In this document: positions 25,383 to 32,000 of the stretch, piece by piece
Numbering within the stretch: the stretch's first letter is position 1
Layout: each line of letters opens with the position of its first letter
Origin: Xanthomonas campestris pv. campestris str. ATCC 33913
GTDB lineage: Bacteria; Pseudomonadota; Gammaproteobacteria; Xanthomonadales; Xanthomonadaceae
Direction: 5' to 3'
Assembly (NCBI RefSeq): GCF_000007145.1
Contig: NC_003902.1
Location: 2,876,497-2,908,496 of the forward strand
DNA length: 32,000 nt
Notes under the pieces: generated by a model
Databases searched by the model: none
What the model was told of the DNA's origin: nothing
The model's input: only the letters and a program-made list of their open reading frames with translations
Position numbers and translations under genes: made by a program

Positions 25383-26408
25383 TCAGGGCGCCTCCACCTC
25401 ATAGCCCATCGCACGCAAGCGCGCGGCATAGCCGTCGGAGGCGGTCAGCCGGCTGATCGGCAACACCGCAAAGGTGCTGCGGTTGCGCTGCAGCGCCTGC
25501 GTGGCGATCTCCAGCCAATGCTGGCGCAGCCGGCCTTCCAGATCGTTGATGCCGCGCTTCTTGGCCACGCCAGTACTGGCCATCGCTCCCATGCACGGGG
25601 CTTGCGGGTCGGCACGCGGCAACTGCCGCAACGTCTCGATGTCGCCTACCGACCAGGCATTGGCGCGTTCCACCATCGTCGGCAAATCGCGTTCGACAGT
25701 CACCAGAATGCTGCGAAAGCACGCAGTGTCGTCCATACCGCCCGCACGGAAATCCTTGATCGCCTGCCGCGGGTTGTCGATCTTGTATTCGAGCGTGGTC
25801 GAGGTCGGCTTGATACCGGCGCGCTTGGCAGCGCGCTCCACCACCGACCAGATCACCGGCGAGCGGGCCAGGCCAGAGCGTTTGAGCGCAGCCTGATACA
25901 ACTCGCCGGCAGCCAGCATCGGCCGCTTGCGCTCCACGCCACGGTCGCGCCCCATGTAACGCGCCTTGGCAACGGTCCAGCGCGCATACAACTCAGGCGG
26001 CAGCACATCGCGCAGCTCACGCCCGTCTTCGTTCTTCATCGCCTTCATCGCCGCGGGCATCAGGGCCAATTTGCCGAACATGCCAACGTCGGCATCCACC
26101 TGCACCATCGGCGCCATCAGCACCTGCTGCGATTGGCCGATGATGGTTTCGACCTCGGTCGCTTGCCACTCCAGGTCCTTCGGCAACGGTGACAACGTGC
26201 CCAGGATCCACAGCACGTGGTCGCCCTTGCTGACCTTCCACAGGCCGGGGCCGGGTTGCTGCCCGCGCACCACCATGGCTTCCAGATCGACCACCGTTGG
26301 CGGCGCTGCCGGCGCCTGTACGGCCACCTCGACGGCACACGCCAGCATCGGTGCCAACAACGACACCAACGCGATTCCTGCCCGCCACACCGCCCCCCTG
26401 CGCTGCAT
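25383..26408 (-). CDS. gumN: TraB/GumN-family periplasmic protein (341 aa)
   Basis: Signal peptide MQRRGAVWRAGIALVSLLAPMLACA. N-terminal LWKVSKGDHVLWILGT and C-terminal ...GYAARLRAMGYEVE resemble the TraB/PrgY/GumN family. Sits downstream of gumM. Confidence 0.7.
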   Translation of the reverse strand: MQRRGAVWRAGIALVSLLAPMLACAVEVAVQAPAAPPTVVDLEAMVVRGQQPGPGLWKVSKGDHVLWILGTLSPLPKDLEWQATEVETIIGQSQQVLMAPMVQVDADVGMFGKLALMPAAMKAMKNEDGRELRDVLPPELYARWTVAKARYMGRDRGVERKRPMLAAGELYQAALKRSGLARSPVIWSVVERAAKRAGIKPTSTTLEYKIDNPRQAIKDFRAGGMDDTACFRSILVTVERDLPTMVERANAWSVGDIETLRQLPRADPQAPCMGAMASTGVAKKRGINDLEGRLRQHWLEIATQALQRNRSTFAVLPISRLTASDGYAARLRAMGYEVEAP

Positions 26409-26464
26409 CACGTACCGCCTCCCGGTTGGAACGCGGACACTACGCGAACGCGGGCCCGCACGCG

Positions 26465-26962
26465 TTAGGGAAGCGTTGGCGGCTCCGGCGCGGCGCCTTC
26501 GGCAACCAACGCGGCCAGCTGTGCCGCCAGCGGCGAGCCGTCTTCGAGCAGCGCGAAACCTTCCCAGACAAACCCTGGCGAAACCGTGCAGCCCACCAGG
26601 GTGAAGTCCCCCAGCGAGCGCGCCGCCTGCCAGCAGCCGGCCGGCACCACGTGCATGGCGTCGCCGCGCTCTGCGGCGTCCAGCACTTCGCGCCGCAACT
26701 GCCCGCTCGCTTCGTCGAAGATCAGCAACTCCAGCGGCGCACCTTGCTGCCAGTGCCAGCACTCCTCGGCATCCACCCGATGCCAGCGACTGGCTTCGCC
26801 TGCGCACAACAGGAAGCGGATGGCGGTCAGCGCCGGACGCGGCGGCGCACCGCTGTCATCCAGCACCTGGCGCGTCGACGCGTACACGCGCCGGTAGTGG
26901 CCGCCCTCCGGATGGGGGGCAAGGCCCAATGTTCGAATCAGCGCGGCGGCGGTTGGATGCAT
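26465..26962 (-). CDS. DUF985 cupin-fold protein (165 aa)
   Basis: LGLAPHPEGGHYRRVY...HVVPAGCWQAARSLGDFTLVGCTVSPGFVWEGF matches the Cupin_5/DUF985 pattern. Confidence 0.8.
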   Translation of the reverse strand: MHPTAAALIRTLGLAPHPEGGHYRRVYASTRQVLDDSGAPPRPALTAIRFLLCAGEASRWHRVDAEECWHWQQGAPLELLIFDEASGQLRREVLDAAERGDAMHVVPAGCWQAARSLGDFTLVGCTVSPGFVWEGFALLEDGSPLAAQLAALVAEGAAPEPPTLP

Positions 26963-26996
26963 GCACGCATGCTAGGCCACACACCGCCGCCGTGCA

Positions 26997-27788
26997 TCAC
27001 GCCAGCTGTTTGCCCGCACGCAGGCAGGTGCGGAAGAACACCAGCAGATCCCAGCTGTAGCGCTTGAGCAACCGGCGCGGCTCGTTGAGCAGCCGGTACA
27101 TCCATTCCATATGCAAACGGCGCACCCAGTTGGGCGCGCGCTTGGCAGTGCCGGAGAGAAAGTCCAGCAAGGCTCCCACGCCGAACACCAGCGGCACCTG
27201 CAAGGCCTCGCTGTGGTCCAGGATCCACCGCTCCTGCAGCGGGTTGCCGAAGGCCACCAGCAGCACATCGGCGCCGGAGCGATTGATGCGCTCGGCAAGG
27301 CCCTCGCCCGCCGCCGCAAATTCGCCATACCCATCGCACATGCCCACGACCTGCTGGCCCAGCGTTCCGGTCAAGGTCGCTGCGGCGGTCTTGCCCACGC
27401 CCGGGCGGCCGCCAAGCAGGAAGAACTTGAGCGGCTGCGCGGCCTCGCGGCAGAGGTACGGAATCAGGTCGGTGCCGTTGAGATTGCCGGCGAATCGGCG
27501 GCCATGGATCAGGCGCGCCGCCAGATCCATGCCGATCCCATCGTTGACGATGCGCACTGCCGGCGCCTGCATGCGCGCGCGCAGCGCCTGGCACTGCACG
27601 ATGAAGTTGGTGTTCGCGAAAAACACCCGCCGCGGCTGATGCGCGGCCAGCGCATGGAACAGATCCAGCGCAAAGGCTTCCTGCGTGGTCGACAACACCG
27701 GGAAGCCGCCCAGCGGAATCACCACCCCTTGCGCAGGTGTCGCTGGACTCACCGTTGCCGTCTCCACACCTGCTGGCTGGCCATGCAT
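26997..27788 (-). CDS. gumM: GumM, WecB/TagA/CpsF (GT26) glycosyltransferase of xanthan synthesis (263 aa)
   Basis: VFFANTNFIV...GIGMDLAARL...FFLLGGRPGV...LLVAFGNPLQERW...VGALLDFLSG family pattern. The 263-aa length and the position after gumL fit GumM. Confidence 0.9.
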   Translation of the reverse strand: MHGQPAGVETATVSPATPAQGVVIPLGGFPVLSTTQEAFALDLFHALAAHQPRRVFFANTNFIVQCQALRARMQAPAVRIVNDGIGMDLAARLIHGRRFAGNLNGTDLIPYLCREAAQPLKFFLLGGRPGVGKTAAATLTGTLGQQVVGMCDGYGEFAAAGEGLAERINRSGADVLLVAFGNPLQERWILDHSEALQVPLVFGVGALLDFLSGTAKRAPNWVRRLHMEWMYRLLNEPRRLLKRYSWDLLVFFRTCLRAGKQLA

Positions 27789-27795
27789 TGTCGTT

Positions 27796-28590
27796 TCACC
27801 ACAAATCGTAAGGGAACGCAGCCAGCAATCCTGCCTGCAAGCGTTCAAGATCGAAACTGCCGTTGCCGCCCAGTTCCATGCATTCTTCCACGCTGTGGCC
27901 GGCATGCCATTGCATGCGCCTGGTGCCGTGGTAGTAGTCGTCGTACTTGAAACGGTCTTCGCCGTTGCCCCAGTCCAGATACACCGCCGGGATGCCATAG
28001 GCTTCGGCAAGGATCAGGCCGTGCAGCGAACTGCTGATGACAAATTTTGCACCCAGCAGCGCACTCATGAAGGTGGCCGGCTTGACGTTGGGGAACACCA
28101 GATGCTCGGCGTAGGCGCTGTACTTCTCAACCGGCTCGTTGAAGTGCGGCACGATCGCGAACGGACGCTTGGTCACCGGGCCCAGGGCGTCGGCGGGGAA
28201 AAACATCGGGGTCAGCAATCCCGGGTCTCCGTAGACCTCAGGCACGGCGATGCCACGTTCCAGCAAAAACGCGCGGGTCTTGGGACCGCGTACCGCGCGT
28301 ACGTCCAGCGTGCTGAACGTATTGCGCTCGGCTGGAATCTTGCCGTTGATACCGCTTCCCCATACGGTGTCGCCATCTTTGGCGAAATGCAGCACCGACC
28401 CGGTTGCGATCAGCTTCTTGCGCAAATCGCGTTTTTCCAGAAGTGTCTTGTCCTGCAACGCCAACACGCACGACACGATCACCTTCGACAGGTGATCCCC
28501 CATGTTCACGCCACCGTTTTTGGGCTGCCACCAGAACAATGCGCGACGTTCCGCGCGTTCCACCCATTTCTGCAGTAAAGCGTTGGCCAT
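27796..28590 (-). CDS. gumL: GumL, polysaccharide (mannose) pyruvyl transferase (264 aa)
   Basis: Pyruvyl-transferase pattern (NMGDHLS, GSGINGK, VISSSLHGLILAEAYGIPAVYL). Gum-cluster synteny. Confidence 0.9.
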   Translation of the reverse strand: MANALLQKWVERAERRALFWWQPKNGGVNMGDHLSKVIVSCVLALQDKTLLEKRDLRKKLIATGSVLHFAKDGDTVWGSGINGKIPAERNTFSTLDVRAVRGPKTRAFLLERGIAVPEVYGDPGLLTPMFFPADALGPVTKRPFAIVPHFNEPVEKYSAYAEHLVFPNVKPATFMSALLGAKFVISSSLHGLILAEAYGIPAVYLDWGNGEDRFKYDDYYHGTRRMQWHAGHSVEECMELGGNGSFDLERLQAGLLAAFPYDLW

Positions 28591-28630
28591 GACAGGGATC
28601 CTCCTTCAAACGTGGTCAAAAAGCGCCGCC

Positions 28631-29833
28631 TCAATGTGAGAGCGCTGCCTCCGAAGAGAGCTGCGGCGCGGCGGTGGGGGGGTGCGGATAAAGACGGGTT
28701 TCTGGATACGCCCGTGGGTCGAGCACGCGGTCGGTGGTGTCGGACCAGTTGAGACACTGGCGGTAACGTACACGCGGTGCTTCCAGTGCCTGGGTAATGG
28801 CGGCAATCACCGAATCGGCATTGCCTGGCGTGTACCCGAAGCGCGATTTGTACGGCCCCACCACAGCATTCGGGCACACCGCCGGCAAGCCGAAAAAGTC
28901 GTATTGCAGCAATTTCATTGAGCTGTCTGCCAGATACACCGGCACCTGCTCGGACGCGTAAGGCGCAATGCCGAAACGTGCGTGCTTGATATAGCCAATC
29001 GTCTGCGCGTGCTTCATTTCGCCATAGACAATGACATTGTCGCCGTAGCCCGGATGGCGGCCCATCCCGGAGCCGATCACATGGAAGGTCACCTGCGGAA
29101 AGGCCTTGCTGGCAACGACGAAAAATTCAGGATCAAACAGCATCGACCCGACTGCAACTGCATGGATGCCCTCGGCATACGGCGACGGGTCGCCGAGCTG
29201 ATCGAGGTTGTGGTCCACGCCGTGGCCTACATGGAAGACGTTGTCGCGGCTCGCTACTTCTGCGGCCATCGCGGGCGACACCAAGGCAATGACGTCCAGC
29301 GTCGGAGCCACGCGGTCGAACTCGCGCTCGATGTAAGACGCCACGTTGATGGTGCTCAGCCCGTCCGACGCGCGATAGACCAGTTTGGCAGCCGGATTGA
29401 CCCGCTTGGCAAGCTCGATGAATGCGACGGCGATTCCGCTTTCAAACACGATGACATCGGACTCGCGCATCCAGTCCAGCAACTGCTTTGGCGGATGCGC
29501 GGCATACCAGCGGAACATGGCATCTTCCACAGGACGCAGCCAGCTCCGGCGTGTATTGAATGGATGCACTGTCGTGCGCCACAGGTAACAGTCCACACCG
29601 TTGTGCGAGACAACGGTATTTGCGGTGTCATCCAGCGGCAGGCGCATATCTCCCTTCATGCGGGAGAGTCTGCTGTATCGCAACGAAAAAAAACGCGTCG
29701 TGCCACGCAAAGCCAACTGATCGGTGATGAAATGGATGTTAGCCCGACGTGGCGTGCGGAAATCGTGAGCAGACAAGACCAGATAGCAGGGACGGCGAAT
29801 GCCGGAAGCTGGAGCTGCGGGAGAGACGCTCAT
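28631..29833 (-). CDS. gumK: GumK, beta-1,2-glucuronosyltransferase (GT70, 400 aa)
   Basis: Start at [35 protein letters not shown] gives the 400-aa length I recall for GumK. Synteny between gumJ and gumL. Confidence 0.9.
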
Positions 29834-29897
29834 AGGCCGTGTCCTTTGCAAGAGTGGGAAGTTTCGAAGTCCAACATTCCAGTACCGCAGTGCAGTG

Positions 29898-31376
29898 TCA
29901 TCGGCGCGCCTTCGCCTGCGTGAGCAGCTTGCGGATATTGACGATAGCGACCACGTCACGCCGGAATCCCGGCCATGCCAATGCGAGCAGACAGACCAGC
30001 GCCATCGCGCCGGCGCCGACCAGCAGCTGCTGCCACAATGGACCACCGACAGTGACCGATGCGTAATAAGCGCAGCCGCCGGCGATACCGTAGGCCACCA
30101 GCGCACGCATGGCATTGACGAACAACGCACCGACCGGTGCGTCCGTGATCTTGCCGATCCAGACCAGCGATAGCGGCCAGATCAACAGCAGGCCGAATGA
30201 ATAGCCGATCGCCACGCCCATGGCCCCCCAGCGGGAGCCAACAAAAATGCAGGCGATGAGCAGGATGCGACCGACCAACGAATACACCAACTGCTCGCGC
30301 ATCAACCCCTTCGACAGGAACACCCAGTAGGTTGCGTACGACGCCGTCTGGAAGATACCGCCCAGCGTCAACACCTGAAACAGCGGCACCGCTTCCCGCC
30401 ACTGCTCACCCAGCACCAGGACGATGAGCGGCATGGCCAGTGCACAGGCAAACGCGAACAACGCAAAGATCAAATGCACCATGACCGTCTGGCCGCGCAA
30501 CAAAAAAGCGCTGTAACGCTCGCGCTCATCCTGCAATTGCGAAAGCACCGGCAACGCAACGCTGGTGGCCGGTGCATTGATCTGGTTCAACGGCATCATC
30601 AGCAACTGGAAGGCACGGTTGTACAGACCCAGCGCATCGGGCCCGGTTCTCCAGCCGATGATCACCTGGCCAACGTTGCGGCTCGCATAGCCGAGCAGCT
30701 GCGCCGCCATCAGGTTCCAGCCAAAGCTCATGAAATCGCGCATCGGCGCCTGCCGTGCGTACCCGCGCGGCAACCAGCGTGCACATGCGCCGGCGATGAT
30801 CAGGTTCACGATGGCCTGCACCACCTGCTGCACGATCAACGCCCAGTAGCCCCAGCCGGCCAAGGCGGCCGCAACTGCAGCACCCAACCCCAACACCTGC
30901 GAACCCACATCGCTCAGCGCTACCTGACCGAAACGCAGCCCCCGACTGAGGTGTGCGCGGTATTGGGTGGTCATCCCGTTGAGCAGGAAGGTCACCGCCA
31001 ATGCCTGCGAAATCGTCACCAATGCGGGCTCGTGATAAAAGTCCGCAATCCAGTGCGCGGTGGCGAACACCACCACCGACAGCATCAGACCGATGCCGCT
31101 ATTGATCCAGAACAGGTTGTCGCGTTGCTCGCGGCTGACATGTTTCGCCTGGACGGCGGCTGCGGAGAGACCGAAGTCGCGCAGGATTTCGGCGGCCCCC
31201 ACGATGGCGGTCACCATGGCCATCAAGCCGTAGTCGTACGGCGTCAACAAGCGTGCCAGCAGCACGATGCCGCCGAACTGCACGATCATCTTGGCCGACT
31301 GCCCGATCATGGTCACGGCGGCGCCGCCAGCGGCACGCGACCCGAGGCTGCGCGGCGGCGGTGTTGGGGAAGTCAT
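29898..31376 (-). CDS. gumJ: GumJ, Wzx-like polysaccharide flippase (MOP superfamily, 492 aa)
   Basis: Polytopic membrane protein (more than 10 hydrophobic helices) with N-terminal [24 protein letters not shown], typical of polysaccharide biosynthesis/export proteins. Gum synteny. Confidence 0.9.
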
Positions 31377-31393
31377 GGTCGATGTCTCTGCGG

Positions 31394-32000
31394 TCACAGC
31401 GCGGCGTCTCCATCCTTGCCGAGCGCTTCCAGATAGGTGCGATAGTGCAATTGCCCGATCCGTGGCCAATCACGTTGTGAAAGATCGGGCGCCGGGCCAC
31501 GCGGCGCGGCGCGCACCTGATCGAGCATGCCGCTCAACAACGCCGCATCGAACTCGCCTTCGTACAGGAACACCCAACCCGGACCCACCTCTTCGGCGAT
31601 CGCGGCGTTCGATTCGCTCCACGGCGCAAGCACGGGCCGCGCCAACGACAACGCCAGCAGCAAGGTGCCGGAGTTGTGCATCTGCTTGTATGGCAGTACC
31701 ACCAGTTCGCAGGCACTGACTTCGCGCGCGAGCACCGGCTCCTCGACATAGGCCAGCAGTGCACTGATACGTGCATCCTGCGCGCAGGCGGTTTCGACCA
31801 GCGTGCGCATCTGCGGCGTCGCCGGGTTGCCGACGATGCGCAGGCTCAGGCGCGGGTCTTGCACATCGCGCATGACGTCGAGCAACACCTCAACGCCCTT
31901 GTACGGCCGGATCAATCCAAAATGCAGCAGCCGACCAGGCACCGTGGTGCCCTGCTCCATCGTCGCGAACCAGTCGCGGTAATGGCCGTGCAGGATGGTG
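31394..32000 (-). CDS. gumI: GumI, beta-mannosyltransferase (3' part; the gene continues beyond the window end)
   Basis: The frame stays open from 31960 to 32000 (…TILHGHYRDWFATMEQG…), so the listed ATG is internal. GT-B C-terminal pattern (LLHFGLIRPYKG...LPYKQMHNSGTLLLALS). Gum synteny. Confidence 0.85.
   Translation of the reverse strand, partial: TILHGHYRDWFATMEQGTTVPGRLLHFGLIRPYKGVEVLLDVMRDVQDPRLSLRIVGNPATPQMRTLVETACAQDARISALLAYVEEPVLAREVSACELVVLPYKQMHNSGTLLLALSLARPVLAPWSESNAAIAEEVGPGWVFLYEGEFDAALLSGMLDQVRAAPRGPAPDLSQRDWPRIGQLHYRTYLEALGKDGDAAL

Noticed and set aside
24115-25404. 429-aa plus-strand ORF antisense to the KAS III gene; likewise 28982-29923 and 30474-31436 antisense to gumK/gumJ
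   Set aside because: Shadow frames with no domain signatures. The opposite strand has family-level matches and operon context.

Overview
High-GC (~65-70%) chromosomal window that reads as Xanthomonas or a close Xanthomonadaceae relative. All calls rest on reading the ORF translations and the DNA by eye; no BLAST or HMM search was run.

Left two thirds (1-19.2 kb) is mostly housekeeping and sensory genes:
- ftsY 3' end, mutY-yggX, and a lipoprotein
- a LOV (blue-light) hybrid histidine kinase, and a roughly 950-aa multi-PAS hybrid kinase
- an EmrE-like SMR pump, a SAM methyltransferase, and a KGG stress protein
- cho, tRNA-Phe(GAA), a lipocalin, a LEA_2-like lipoprotein, and a 597-aa acyl-CoA dehydrogenase
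- an 850-bp repeat-rich noncoding stretch, an HNH endonuclease, and dxs

Right third (19.2-32 kb) is one unbroken minus-strand gene run. It starts with the distal end of the xanthan gum cluster (gumI partial, gumJ, gumK, gumL, gumM), then a DUF985 cupin and a TraB/GumN-family gene.

After the only large gap in that run (335 bp) comes a six-gene operon whose stop and start codons all overlap: KAS III (gumO label), MBL-fold hydrolase (gumP label), extended SDR, GT21-type membrane glycosyltransferase, a small orphan hydrolase-like protein, and a GT1 glycosyltransferase. None of these functions is needed for the xanthan repeat unit. I know of no assigned product, so this is the best candidate for an undescribed system, probably a glycolipid or glycosylated fatty-acyl pathway.

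Secondary curiosities:
- a MITE-like inverted-repeat element abutting a truncated LysR-type remnant near tRNA-Phe
- paired GTAG-type REP elements plus a hexanucleotide SSR
- tandem CTGAG-loop hairpins after dxs
- perfect palindromes in the kinase/cho divergent region
- a GumN homolog that appears to lack the family's conserved His motifs

Many long antisense ORFs in the six-frame track are high-GC shadow frames and were rejected.
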